Shown one piece after another: positions 18,389 to 27,912 of a stretch of 32,000 bases of DNA. The notes under the pieces are model-generated. The model searched no databases, was not told where the DNA came from, and saw nothing but the letters and a program-made list of their open reading frames with translations. Source of the DNA: Methanothermobacter thermautotrophicus str. Delta H (GTDB lineage Archaea > Methanobacteriota > Methanobacteria > Methanobacteriales > Methanothermobacteraceae). Where the stretch lies: contig NC_000916.1 of assembly GCF_000008645.1 (NCBI RefSeq), positions 1,500,001 to 1,532,000 of the forward strand, written 5' to 3'. The number at the start of each line of letters is the position of its first letter. Position 1 is the first letter of the stretch. A program made the position numbers and the translations under genes.

Positions 18389-18892
18389 TCAGTATATTGA
18401 GACCCTCTTGACGCCATCTATTTTAAGGAAATCCTTGAGCAAGCCTCCCGGGATGGGGGTTTCGGTTATTATTGTGAGCCTGGGTGTTTCATCGAGTTCA
18501 GGGTCCCCTGCATGGGCCTGCCTTATACTTATACCCTTATCTGCGATCAGTCTCGCTGCCGCCGCAAGTATCCCGGGGTTCCGGGCGTCGGCCTCTATTT
18601 CCACCACACCGAAGTCAAGTTCACCTGCAGCGTCCCGCAGAAGGGCTCCTGCCGGCATCATGTTCTCAAAGATGCCCCTCAGTTTCTCGTCCTCCAGTAT
18701 GGTATTTGCCGTCGCCCTCACGGTCCTCCGGTCAACCCCCACAGCCCTTGCAAGGGCAACATCGCTTATCTCAACGTCGTCACAGTATATTTTGCCGTTT
18801 CTGTCTATTCTGAACCCGAGGTCTATGATCTTCCTGGCCACATACATGCGGGAGGGGTATCCCTCAAATCTGTGCTTTATCTGCTTCCACAT
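18389..18892 (-). CDS. trpY: Tryptophan-responsive transcription regulator TrpY (N-terminal HTH, C-terminal ACT-like domain)
   Basis: It is divergent from trpE, as described for Methanothermobacter. The sequence reads MWKQIKHRFEGYPSRMYVARKIIDLGF..., with an ACT-like C-terminus. A GGTGA SD lies 5 nt before ATG 18892. The track start at 18916 sits inside the operator region. Confidence 0.85.
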   Translation of the reverse strand: MWKQIKHRFEGYPSRMYVARKIIDLGFRIDRNGKIYCDDVEISDVALARAVGVDRRTVRATANTILEDEKLRGIFENMMPAGALLRDAAGELDFGVVEIEADARNPGILAAAARLIADKGISIRQAHAGDPELDETPRLTIITETPIPGGLLKDFLKIDGVKRVSIY

Positions 18893-18994
18893 ACACTTCA
18901 CCACATTGATGTACATTATTATACAGACAAGATTTAAATAGTACCTCCGTGTATATGTACTTTGTGGATACAGAGGTGATATGCATGTACAGGA
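18893..18994. promoter_or_regulatory. trpY-trpE divergent promoter/operator region with TGTACA-type (TRP box) hexamers
   Basis: Perfect TGTACA at 18910-18915 and 18986-18991. Degenerate copies are TATACA 18920-18925, TGTACT 18956-18961 and GATACA 18967-18972. TATA-like elements are ATTTAAAT at 18932-18939 and GTATATG at 18951-18957. Confidence 0.7.
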
Positions 18995-20389
18995 GTGAAT
19001 GTTTTTGGCATTACAGAACTGAAAAACCCGGTAAAGGAAAAGATAGAATTTAAAGAACCCTTTGAACTATTCAAAAGTATTTATTCTGAATACGACTCAT
19101 CATTCCTTCTGGAGTCAATGGAAAGCGACACGGGTCTTGCAAGATACTCATTCATGGGATTCGAGCCACAGATGATAATAAGGGCCCGTTCAGGTTTTAT
19201 AGAAGTTGAATACGAGGGATCAAGGGAGGAGTTTGATACAGAAAACCCCTTTGAATTCCTGAGGCAGTTCACAAGACCCGCTGGAAAATCCAGGGGCTTC
19301 TGTGGGGGCCTTGTTGGCTACATATCCTATCAGGCTGCAAGGTTCTTTGACAGTATCAACCTCAGCCCCGGAAACTTCCCGGACTTTGAATTCGGACTCT
19401 TCCTTGACGGTATCATGTTCAACCACCTCACAGGAGAATGCAGTTACATCAGCCTCAAGGAGAACAGACTCCCGGAAATATCAGAACTGCTGCGCGAGGA
19501 AACCCCAACAGGGCACCTTAAATACAGGAGCATGGGGACCCTGTTCTCAAGGAGGAGATACCTTGGAATGGTGGAGGAGGCAAGGGAGAGGATAGCTGAG
19601 GGCGAAATATTCCAGGCAGTCCTCTCAAATGCCACTGACTACAGGCTCCGTGGTGACAGGCTTGCCCTCTACGAAGCCCTCAGGAGGGTTAACCCCTCCC
19701 CCTACATGTACCACCTGAAACTTGGCAGCAGGGAGATAACAGGTTCAAGTCCTGAAATGCTTGTCCGTGTGGAGGATAAACAGATTGAAACCTTCCCAAT
19801 CGCAGGAACCAGGCCAAGGGGGAAAACACCCCATGAGGATGAGAGAATAGCGGCGGAACTGCTGTCAGATGAGAAGGAACTTGCAGAGCACCTCATGCTC
19901 GTTGACCTTGCAAGGAACGACCTCGGGAGAATATCTGAGTTTGGCACGGTCCAGGTACCGGAGTACATGACCATAAGGAGGTTCTCCCATGTTCAGCACA
20001 TCCTCTCCCATGTAACCGGCAGACTCAGGAAGGGCATGGATGCCCTTGATGCCCTTGGCGCGGTCTTCCCGGCAGGTACAGTGAGCGGGGCGCCCAAAAT
20101 AAGGGCTATGGAAATAATAGAGTCACTTGAGGGGGTGCCGAGGAATGCCTACGCCGGTGCCCTGGGCTATCTCTCACTGAACGGTAACGCAGACTTCGCA
20201 ATAACCATAAGATCCATGGTCGCTGAGGGAGCGTATGGAAGAATACAGGCAGGGGCAGGTATAGTACATGACTCCGTACCTGAGAGGGAATACGTGGAGT
20301 GCCAGAACAAGGCCATGGCGGTCCTTAAATCAATGGAACTGGCAGGTGATGGCTTTGATTCTGATGAACCATTTATCGCCAGGAGGTAA
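18995..20389 (+). CDS. trpE: Anthranilate synthase component I
   Basis: FLLES...ARYSF, LSNATDYRL and FPAGTVSGAPKIRAMEII motifs. The GTG start is the only in-frame start after the upstream stop at 18977. Confidence 0.95.
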   Translation: MNVFGITELKNPVKEKIEFKEPFELFKSIYSEYDSSFLLESMESDTGLARYSFMGFEPQMIIRARSGFIEVEYEGSREEFDTENPFEFLRQFTRPAGKSRGFCGGLVGYISYQAARFFDSINLSPGNFPDFEFGLFLDGIMFNHLTGECSYISLKENRLPEISELLREETPTGHLKYRSMGTLFSRRRYLGMVEEARERIAEGEIFQAVLSNATDYRLRGDRLALYEALRRVNPSPYMYHLKLGSREITGSSPEMLVRVEDKQIETFPIAGTRPRGKTPHEDERIAAELLSDEKELAEHLMLVDLARNDLGRISEFGTVQVPEYMTIRRFSHVQHILSHVTGRLRKGMDALDALGAVFPAGTVSGAPKIRAMEIIESLEGVPRNAYAGALGYLSLNGNADFAITIRSMVAEGAYGRIQAGAGIVHDSVPEREYVECQNKAMAVLKSMELAGDGFDSDEPFIARR

Positions 20390-20979
20390 TGGTTGTGATC
20401 CTGATAATTGATAACTATGACTCATTCACCCATAACCTCTACCAGCTTGCAGGGGAGATCCTCCGGGATGAGGGGATGGATGAGGAGATAATGGTCCTCA
20501 GGAACGATGAGGCCAGGATATCAGATCTTAGGGCCCTGGATCCAGAAAAGATAATCATATCCCCGGGTCCTGGCAATCCTTCAAGGAGGAGTGACTTCGG
20601 TGTTTGCATGGATGTGATAGGGGAATTCACGGACAGGCCCCTCCTGGGGGTATGCCTTGGACACCAGGGCATATTCCACGCCTTTGGCGGAAGGGTTGAC
20701 CAGGGGGAACCGGTTCATGGAAAGATAGTTGAGGTATTCCATGACGGATCAGAACTCTTCAGGGACGTTCCAAATCCCTTCAGGGCAACCAGGTACCATT
20801 CACTCGTATGCAGACCCGAAGACACACCTGCAGATATAGAGGTAACTGCTGTGACATCAGATGAAATTATAATGGCCATAAAGCACAGAGAATATCCAGT
20901 CTACGGGCTGCAGTTTCACCCGGAGTCAGCCGGAACCCCAAGCGGAAGAACCGTCATTAGAAATTTCCTCAGGATGTGA
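20389..20979 (+). CDS. trpG: Anthranilate synthase component II (glutamine amidotransferase)
   Basis: IIDNYDSFT, the GVCLGHQ catalytic Cys and LQFHPES. TAATG overlap with the trpE stop. Confidence 0.95.
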
Positions 20980-20983
20980 ACAC

Positions 20984-21802
20984 ATGCTCAGGGATATTAT
21001 AAGGTCAAAGAAACTCGAAGTTAAGGAACTCATGAAAAAAACACCCCTCAGCATCCTAAGGGATGATATAACAGTCATGGACGAGCCAGTGAGCTTCCCA
21101 GCTGCAGTGGGAGGAGGCAAAGTATCTCTCATATGCGAATACAAGAGGGCATCACCATCAATGGGCAGAATATCAGAGAGAGGCCTTGAAGAGATGATGG
21201 AGGTATACCAGGACCTCGCCGATGCAGTATCCATAGTAACCGACGGCAAATACTTCAAAGGCTCCCTGGATCTGCTGAGCGGGGCCACAGATTACGGTAA
21301 ACCACTGCTCATGAAGGACTTCCTGGTCGACGAGTACAAGATCTACCAGGCAAGGGCATCGGGGGCATCCTCGGTTCTCCTAATCACAGGCGTATTCCCT
21401 GACCTTGAGGCAGGGATTCAAAAATGCAGGGAGCTCTCAATGGAGCCACTGGTGGAGTGTCACACATCGCTTGACATCTTCAGGGCCCTTGAAGCAGGTG
21501 CAGAGATAATAGGTGTGAACAACAGGGACCTTGAAACCTTCGAGGTGGACCTTGAAAGAACCCATGCACTGGCACCCCTCGTACCCGATGAACTCATACT
21601 CGTATCAGAGAGTGGTGTCAGGGGCCCCGAGGATGCTGAGATACTGGCAGGTTACGGTGCAGATGCTCTGCTCATCGGCACAGCACCCATGTCAGCCCAG
21701 AACCCACGGGAACTCCTTGAGGAGATAGTAGATGCGGTGAGCCAGTGCAGGGACCGGAGAAGAAGGTACACGGGGGATGAATTCTTTGAACAGTTCGCAT
21801 GA
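20984..21802 (+). CDS. trpC: Indole-3-glycerol phosphate synthase
   Basis: [15 protein letters not shown] and IGVNNRDL motifs. Confidence 0.9.
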
Positions 21803-22511
21803 GTCCCTGGCAGATGTACTCGTAAAGATCTGCGGTATAAAAAGGCCAGAGGACGCAATACTGGCAGATAAACTTGGTGCTGACCTCCTTGGCCTCATAC
21901 ACGTAGAGAGATCACCACGACACCTCACAGGAAGGGAACTGGAGGACATCCTATCACTCATACCTCCTGAGAAGGCCGTGATCGTCCTTGAACCCTCCGA
22001 TCCAGTGGAGGTGGCTGAGGTTATTGAGAGAACAGGTGTGGAGAGAGTCCAGCTCCACTCCATCTCATGTGAAGATGCCAGGGGCATAAAGAGGGTACTC
22101 ACTGAAAACGGGTTTAATCCAGGGATAACAGTCGCAGTACCACCGGAGCCCGGTTCACTGGATGTTCTTGACCACATCCCATGTTCATGTGTCATGCTCG
22201 ATTCCAGCTCCGGTGGTAGAACAGGGGGGACGGGGAGGATGATTCCACCCGAACTGGCCCTCGGGATGCTCCGCCTCATAAGAAGTCATGAGAGCGCACC
22301 GGAGGTGGCCCTTGCAGGGGGCCTTGGACCATCCACTGTGAGGCTTAACCCTGAATACTTACTGGAATTCGATTGTCTGGACTTCAACTCTGGCATTGAG
22401 GCTGCACCGGGGATAAAGGATCATGCAATGATGTTTGAACTCATGGAGTACATGGGGAGGACGGGCGGACTTCAGAAACCGTCCAGGTTACAGAGAGGTG
22501 AGTTATCATGA
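21777..22511 (+). CDS. trpF: Phosphoribosylanthranilate isomerase
   Basis: VKICGI motif near the N-terminus, and LDSS..GG.G. The only in-frame start upstream of VKICGI is ATG 21777, which overlaps trpC by 26 nt. Confidence 0.85.
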
Positions 22512-23686
22512 TAATGGATGGAAAATTCGGTAAATATGGAGGCATATTCGTGCCGGAGCTTCTTATACCGGCACTTGAGGAACTTGAGAGGGCCTTCCTC
22601 CATTACAGGGATGACAGGAAGTTCATGGCTGAACTCGAGTACCATCTCCGGGAGTACGCTGGAAAGCCCACAGGCCTTTACTATGCCAGGAACCTGTCAG
22701 AGAAACTCGGATGCAGGGTGTACCTCAAGAGGGAGGACATGCTGCACACAGGGGCCCACAAGATAAACAACACCATAGGCCAGGCTCTGCTCGCAAGGTA
22801 CATGGGCAAGACCAGGATCATAGCCGAGACAGGGGCAGGGCAGCACGGGATAGCCACCGCCGCTGCCGGGGCCCTCTTTGGAATGGACGTTGATATCTAC
22901 ATGGGCACAGAGGATGTTGAGAGGCAGAAGCTCAATGTATTCAGAATGGAGGTATCAGGTGCGGAGGTCATACCGGTCGACTCAGGTTCAAGGACCCTTA
23001 AGGACGCCATAAACGAGGCCATGAGGGACTGGATTAGCAACGTGGATGACACCCACTACCTCATAGGTTCCACCATGGGCCCCCACCCCTACCCGACCAT
23101 GGTGAAGCACTTCCAGAGCGTCATAGGGAGGGAGGCCAGGGAACAGATACTCGAAGTCGAGGGAGAACTTCCAGACACGGTTATAGCGTGTGTTGGGGGC
23201 GGAAGCAATGCCATAGGCATATTCTCTGCCTTCATGGATGATGATGTTGAACTCATAGGTGCAGAGGGGGGTGGAGAAGGTATAGAGTCAGGAAACCATG
23301 GAGCCACACTCTCTGCGGGCTCAGAGGGAATCCTTCATGGTTCATTATCATACGTCCTTCAGGATGGGGATGGTCAGATAAGTGAGGCACATTCTGTCTC
23401 AGCTGGTCTGGATTATCCGGGTGTTGGACCAGAACACGCCCATCTCATGGATACAGGCAGGGCAAGGTATGAGCCGGTAACAGACACCGAGGCACTCAGG
23501 GGCTTCAGGCTCCTCTCAAGATATGAGGGTATAATGCCAGCCCTTGAGAGTGCCCATGCAATAGCCTGCCTTGAAAGGTACGCTGAGAAACCTGAGAACC
23601 GGGGAAAAACGGTTATCGTCAATCTCTCAGGAAGGGGAGATAAGGACATGTTCATGGTTGCTGGTTTGCTGGGGGTGGGTGTGTGA
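22508..23686 (+). CDS. trpB: Tryptophan synthase beta chain
   Basis: [10 protein letters not shown] (PLP Lys), GAGQHG and GGGSNA motifs. ATGA overlap with the trpF stop. Confidence 0.95.
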   Translation: MIMDGKFGKYGGIFVPELLIPALEELERAFLHYRDDRKFMAELEYHLREYAGKPTGLYYARNLSEKLGCRVYLKREDMLHTGAHKINNTIGQALLARYMGKTRIIAETGAGQHGIATAAAGALFGMDVDIYMGTEDVERQKLNVFRMEVSGAEVIPVDSGSRTLKDAINEAMRDWISNVDDTHYLIGSTMGPHPYPTMVKHFQSVIGREAREQILEVEGELPDTVIACVGGGSNAIGIFSAFMDDDVELIGAEGGGEGIESGNHGATLSAGSEGILHGSLSYVLQDGDGQISEAHSVSAGLDYPGVGPEHAHLMDTGRARYEPVTDTEALRGFRLLSRYEGIMPALESAHAIACLERYAEKPENRGKTVIVNLSGRGDKDMFMVAGLLGVGV

Positions 23687-23730
23687 TTGCTGATGTGTTC
23701 ATGGTTGCTGGTTTGCTGGGAGTGTGATTG
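23648..23730 (+). repeat. Imperfect tandem duplication (period 47 nt) of the trpB 3' end
   Basis: ATGTTCATGGTTGCTGGTTTGCTGGGGGTGGGTGTGTGATTG (23648-23689) is followed by GTGTTCATGGTTGCTGGTTTGCTGGG------AGTGTGATTG (23695-23730). Confidence 0.9.
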
Positions 23731-23732
23731 TA

Positions 23733-24545
23733 ATGTCAGGAGCTAAATCAATGAGTTATGCTGAGATGTTCAGACGGGCGGATGGCTGTGCCTTCGTCCC
23801 CTTCGTGGTTGCAGGGGACCCTGATATGGAGACATCCCTTGAGATCATAAGGACCCTTGTGGATGCAGGGGCCGATGCCCTTGAGGTAGGCTTCCCATTC
23901 TCTGACCCAATAGCAGATGGTACAAGCGTTCAGGGCGCTGATCTGCGGGCCCTCAGGGCAGGCATGACAACCGAGAAGTGCTTCCAGCTTATAGAGAGGG
24001 TCCGGGAATTCACTTCCATACCCATAGGCCTGCTGGTATACTACAACCTGATCTACAGGATGGGTGTTGATGAGTTCTACCGGAGGGCTGCAGAAGCAGG
24101 GGTCACAGGGATACTTGCAGCGGATCTCCCCCCTGAAGAGGCCTCAGATGCACTCAGGGCCGCTGAAAAATATGATATAGATCAGATATTCATAGTTGCA
24201 CCAACAACCGGTAGTGAACGCCTCAAAAGGATCTCTGAGGTCTCATCAGGATTTCACTACCTCGTCTCGGTGATGGGGGTCACCGGCGCAAGATCAAGGG
24301 TTGAGGATGCAACCATCGAACTCATAAAAAGGGTGAAGGCTGAGGGAAGTCTGCCGGTAATGGTTGGATTCGGTGTATCAAGACCCGAACATGTGAGGAT
24401 GCTGAGGGATGCAGGAGCCGATGGAGTTATCGTCGGAAGCGCCATCATAGACGTGATATCCGGGAACCTCGGCGACAGGGAGCTTATGCTCCAGAGGATC
24501 CATGAAATGGCAGGCACTCTGAAAGCCGCAGGAGGATCAGGATGA
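23733..24545 (+). CDS. trpA: Tryptophan synthase alpha chain
   Basis: [23 protein letters not shown] and GFG(V)S motifs. ATG 23733 lies 4 nt after GGAGTGTGAT (SD-like). The track start is GTG 23724, and ATG 23751 is also possible. Confidence 0.9.
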   Translation: MSGAKSMSYAEMFRRADGCAFVPFVVAGDPDMETSLEIIRTLVDAGADALEVGFPFSDPIADGTSVQGADLRALRAGMTTEKCFQLIERVREFTSIPIGLLVYYNLIYRMGVDEFYRRAAEAGVTGILAADLPPEEASDALRAAEKYDIDQIFIVAPTTGSERLKRISEVSSGFHYLVSVMGVTGARSRVEDATIELIKRVKAEGSLPVMVGFGVSRPEHVRMLRDAGADGVIVGSAIIDVISGNLGDRELMLQRIHEMAGTLKAAGGSG

Positions 24546-25600
24546 AATTCAGGAGGATGATCTCTGAAATAATGGACTTCAGGAACCTCAGTGAGGATGA
24601 GGCCTACAGTCTGATGGAGATGATAATGGCTGGTGAACTTGATGATATTAAGATAGCCGCAATTCTAACGGCCCTTGCAATGAAGGGGGAAACAGTGGAT
24701 GAGATAACAGGCTTCGCCAGGGCCATGCGGGATAGATCCCCCAGGGTCAGGGTTTCAGGGTCCCATGAGGTTGTTGATTCCTGCGGGACCGGAGGCGACA
24801 GTTTCAGGTCATACAATATAAGCACAGCAGCCGCCATGATAGCAGCCGCTGCAGGTGTGAGGGTTGCAAAGCATGGTAACAGGGCGGTCACCGGGTCATG
24901 TGGGGGTGCAGATATACTCGAGGCTGCAGGTGTGAACATAGAACTGGATGCAGCTGCAGCTGCGAGGTCCCTCAGTGATGTGGGCATCTCATTCATGTTC
25001 GCACCCCTATTCCACAGGGCAACTGCTAGGGTGGCGGCGGTGAGGAGGTCCCTGGGATTCAAGACAGTATTCAACATACTGGGACCATTAACATCCCCTG
25101 CTGCAGCAGGAATACAGCTTCTGGGGGTATTTGACCCTCAGCTTGTGGGCCCGGTTGCTGAGGTGCTCAGGAACCTCGGAACACGCTGTGCAATGGTTGT
25201 TCATGGATTCGATGCTAACCTCAACCCTGCCCTGGATGAGATATCAACCGTTGGCCCCACCCTGGTGGCGTTCCTTGAGGATGATGAGATCAGGATTGAT
25301 AGACTGATGCCCCCTGACTTTGGAGTTGAGGTGGGAGAACTTGAACATCTGAGGGCAGGATCAACCACCGCTGAGAACCTGGAGCTGTTCATGGATGTCC
25401 TCAGGGGACGTGAGGATACACCTGAACAGAAATCAAGACTCGATATAGCCCTTGCAAATGCCGGAGCCCTTATCTACCTTGCAGGCCTGGCTGATACACT
25501 GCCTGAGGGAACAGAGACTGCAAAAAGAACAGTTAAATCTGGAGCTGCCCTGGAGCTCCTGGAAGAATTTGTATCATACACAAGGAACCTGCAGTCCTGA
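24542..25600 (+). CDS. trpD: Anthranilate phosphoribosyltransferase
   Basis: [22 protein letters not shown] and LGPLTSP motifs. ATGA overlap with the trpA stop. Confidence 0.95.
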   Translation: MKFRRMISEIMDFRNLSEDEAYSLMEMIMAGELDDIKIAAILTALAMKGETVDEITGFARAMRDRSPRVRVSGSHEVVDSCGTGGDSFRSYNISTAAAMIAAAAGVRVAKHGNRAVTGSCGGADILEAAGVNIELDAAAAARSLSDVGISFMFAPLFHRATARVAAVRRSLGFKTVFNILGPLTSPAAAGIQLLGVFDPQLVGPVAEVLRNLGTRCAMVVHGFDANLNPALDEISTVGPTLVAFLEDDEIRIDRLMPPDFGVEVGELEHLRAGSTTAENLELFMDVLRGREDTPEQKSRLDIALANAGALIYLAGLADTLPEGTETAKRTVKSGAALELLEEFVSYTRNLQS

Positions 25601-25630
25601 ATTCTCAGATATCCGATATAAAAAGGTGGA

Positions 25631-25704
25631 TGGGCCCGCTGGGATTCGAACCCAGGGCCTCACGGTTATCAGCCGTGCGCTCTAACCACCTGAGCCACGG
25701 GCCC
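25631..25704 (-). tRNA. tRNA-Ile (anticodon GAU)
   Basis: The reverse complement GGGCCCG-TG-GCTC-AGGTGGTTA-GAGC-G-CACGG-CTGATAA-CCGTG-AGGCC-CTGGG-TTCGAAT-CCCAG-CGGGCCC-A folds by eye as a 74-nt cloverleaf. The anticodon loop is CT-GAT-AA. No CCA is encoded. A T5 tract lies about 6 nt downstream on the minus strand. Confidence 0.9.
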
Positions 25705-25786
25705 ATATTAAGAATCAGTGGGGTGATTCCAACTTTTGGAGTTACTCCTATATATGCTTTTCTGTGGTTCTGGAGACACACCCTTT

Positions 25787-26356
25787 TCATGGAGTGGTGT
25801 CACCAGCCCATGCGGCTTCAATTATCCCGAGGATATCAAGGGCGGCCTCTTCGGGGTCATGGTTTTCCACTATGCTGACCACTGAGCCCAGGACTGCTGA
25901 ACACACGAACATGGACGTCCTGAGCATTTCCATATGCTCCCTGAGGCTCTCCAGGCTCTCCCTGACCCTCATCTTTGAGTCGGCCATTCTCCTCCAAAGT
26001 ATGCTCTGAGGATCCGATTCAAGGATTACAATTATGTCGGGGGATATGATGTCAACGGGGAGAGAAATAAGATAACCCAGGGGGGACCGGTCGAGTCCAT
26101 GGAGATCCATCAGCACGTAATCCAGTCTCCTTATCCTGTGGGCTGCTTCAAGCCAGATAAGGTGTTGCTGGTCCATGGGGAGTTTGAAGAGGTCCTCCAG
26201 GGTTTCTGCAAGGTTCCACTCACCTGCGACCCGGAGCATCAGTTCCCCATAGTTTATGTAGGTGTGTCTCACCATCCCTGATAGGATCCTGCATACGGTT
26301 GTTTTACCGGTACCCGGCACTCCAACAACCGCAACGGTCCTGGGGACCCCTTTCAT
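25787..26356 (-). CDS. P-loop NTPase, divergent archaeal adenylate kinase (AdkA)-like
   Basis: VVGVPGTGKTT Walker A. The layout ...DLHG...PLGYL..LP...PDIIVILESDP..ILWRRM.D..R.R... parallels the archaeal AdkA pattern (D.H...P.GYLPGLP...IIV.E....IL.RR..D..R.RD). Confidence 0.6.
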   Translation of the reverse strand: MKGVPRTVAVVGVPGTGKTTVCRILSGMVRHTYINYGELMLRVAGEWNLAETLEDLFKLPMDQQHLIWLEAAHRIRRLDYVLMDLHGLDRSPLGYLISLPVDIISPDIIVILESDPQSILWRRMADSKMRVRESLESLREHMEMLRTSMFVCSAVLGSVVSIVENHDPEEAALDILGIIEAAWAGDTTP

Positions 26357-26368
26357 GAGTTTGAGGCT

Positions 26369-26662
26369 CTATTTATTCACCATTTCACTTATGGCATCGG
26401 CCATCATGTGGCCTTCAACTGTGATCTCGGCCCGGTCAATTCCCTCAACCTGTTCGGCGACGTTCCTTGCATCCATCGCCATCCTCGCAGCACTCATACA
26501 TCCAGGGTTTGTGGGCCGGATGGTTATCTTTGCTATGGTTTCACCCTTATCTTCGATTTCAATGTTCTCGACAAGACCCATCTCCACGATACTTATGCCC
26601 ATGTGTGGGTCTGCAACCTTCTTGAGAGCTTCCTTAACCTTTTCCAGGAGTTCTTCTGACAT
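26369..26662 (-). CDS. DUF59/MIP18-family Fe-S cluster assembly-related protein (SufT-like)
   Basis: LKKVADPHMGISIVEMGLV...I..TNPGC resembles the DUF59 signature (DPE....I..LGL...T.P.C). A GAGGT SD lies 7 nt before ATG 26662. The track start is 26695. Confidence 0.8.
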   Translation of the reverse strand: MSEELLEKVKEALKKVADPHMGISIVEMGLVENIEIEDKGETIAKITIRPTNPGCMSAARMAMDARNVAEQVEGIDRAEITVEGHMMADAISEMVNK

Positions 26663-26797
26663 TATTATTACCTCAGATGCTATTTTGATAATCACTGTAG
26701 TGATTCTCTATTTTTAAGCTAACCCTATTTAAAAGTGTTCCTTTCCCCGCAATCTAAATAGGGAATCAAAGCCAGTAAATAGGATACCAGGGCGAGA

Positions 26798-27709
26798 TTA
26801 ACCAGTCCTTCGCCTAACTCTGACAGCCACACCCCTTTCAGCCCTCACCATTTCATCTCCGCTGAGTACAGCCCTCCCTACACCTGCAACTTCTCCTCCC
26901 TGTACTATGACCACCTCATCACCTGGTATGATTCCCGTGTCGGCGTCGGAAACACCGGGAGCAAAGAGTGTGTTGCTTTCAAGGTTGAAGTCTATCTCAA
27001 CCCACTTCACTCCCAGCATGTAAAGGGACCTTCCACCCTCGGGTGAGAGTGAGATGAGTCCACGGTCCATCATGAAGGTGCCTATCTGGGTGCCGTCGGA
27101 TTTGAGGATCTTTCTATGGTATCTTCCGGTGACCCGGCAGTCCTCGGGTATAATCCTTTCTCCGCCAGGTCCGAACTGGTACACTGCAACCGAACGAAGC
27201 ATGTGCAGCAGCCTCTCCCTTGGCGGGATCCTTTCATAACTCTCAAGTTCCCTCTTAAGCCTCTCCAGGGCCTCAGGCGAGGTGGGCCGTGCTTCCATGC
27301 TGGTCGCTGTGAAGGAGTCAAGGTACTCCATGCACACCTCAAGGTAACCTCCATCCACGTGGGCTATGACATCAAGGTCACCCACATATTCCCTTAGGAC
27401 ATCTCCCACCAGTTTCTTTTCCTCATGGGACCACTCTCCAATGGTTGAGACGTCATAGGATGAGATGGGGTAGGTGTTTTCGAGTTCCCGGGGGCATATG
27501 CCGAAGGGTGATGTCAGTATAAGCTCCTGGAAGCCCCTAGTGACTCCTGTGAATTTTCTGTGGGACCTTGATGTTGAGTAGGGCTTCTTCATGCTGCAGG
27601 GAAGCACCACAACAACATCTCCCAGGGGCCTCATTAACCTCATTCTCTCCCGCCACCTGACAGCCTCGGGACGGTGGAGGGATTCTTCAATTGAACATAT
27701 GACCTTCAT
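26798..27709 (-). CDS. ArcS-like protein (DUF5591 core with PC-x3-KPY motif, plus a C-terminal PUA domain)
   Basis: VVLPCSMKKPYSTSRSH matches the PCxxxKPYSxSxSH motif of the archaeosine synthase central domain. The C-terminal ...PGDEVVIV..GEVAGVGRAVLSGDEM...RGVAVRV is PUA-like. ATG 27709 (AGGTTGAT upstream) was preferred over GTG 27727. Confidence 0.65.
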   Translation of the reverse strand: MKVICSIEESLHRPEAVRWRERMRLMRPLGDVVVVLPCSMKKPYSTSRSHRKFTGVTRGFQELILTSPFGICPRELENTYPISSYDVSTIGEWSHEEKKLVGDVLREYVGDLDVIAHVDGGYLEVCMEYLDSFTATSMEARPTSPEALERLKRELESYERIPPRERLLHMLRSVAVYQFGPGGERIIPEDCRVTGRYHRKILKSDGTQIGTFMMDRGLISLSPEGGRSLYMLGVKWVEIDFNLESNTLFAPGVSDADTGIIPGDEVVIVQGGEVAGVGRAVLSGDEMVRAERGVAVRVRRRTG

Positions 27710-27912
27710 TCTATCAACCTTTATCACATCATATTCATGCAGCGCCTATCCACAGTTCAGACAGTACAATAAGCTTTCGACAACATTATACATTTTCACG
27801 GGCAGAATCCTTTTTAAGTGTACCTTAAGTACCTTTCAACCATTTTACGCCTGTTAATTCGGCGACATCCTTTTTAAGGGCGACGAGGTCCTCGGGGTTC
27901 AGTTTCTTCACA

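Noticed and set aside
18408-18941. Plus-strand ORFs (177, 141 and 109 aa) overlapping trpY
   Set aside because: They are antisense to a gene with clear HTH/ACT-like features and an SD-led start. They are Ser/Pro/Arg-rich and lack start context.
25605-25878. ORFs 25605..25790 (-) and 25630..25878 (+)
   Set aside because: They overlap a well-formed tRNA-Ile cloverleaf and its flanks, with no coding features.
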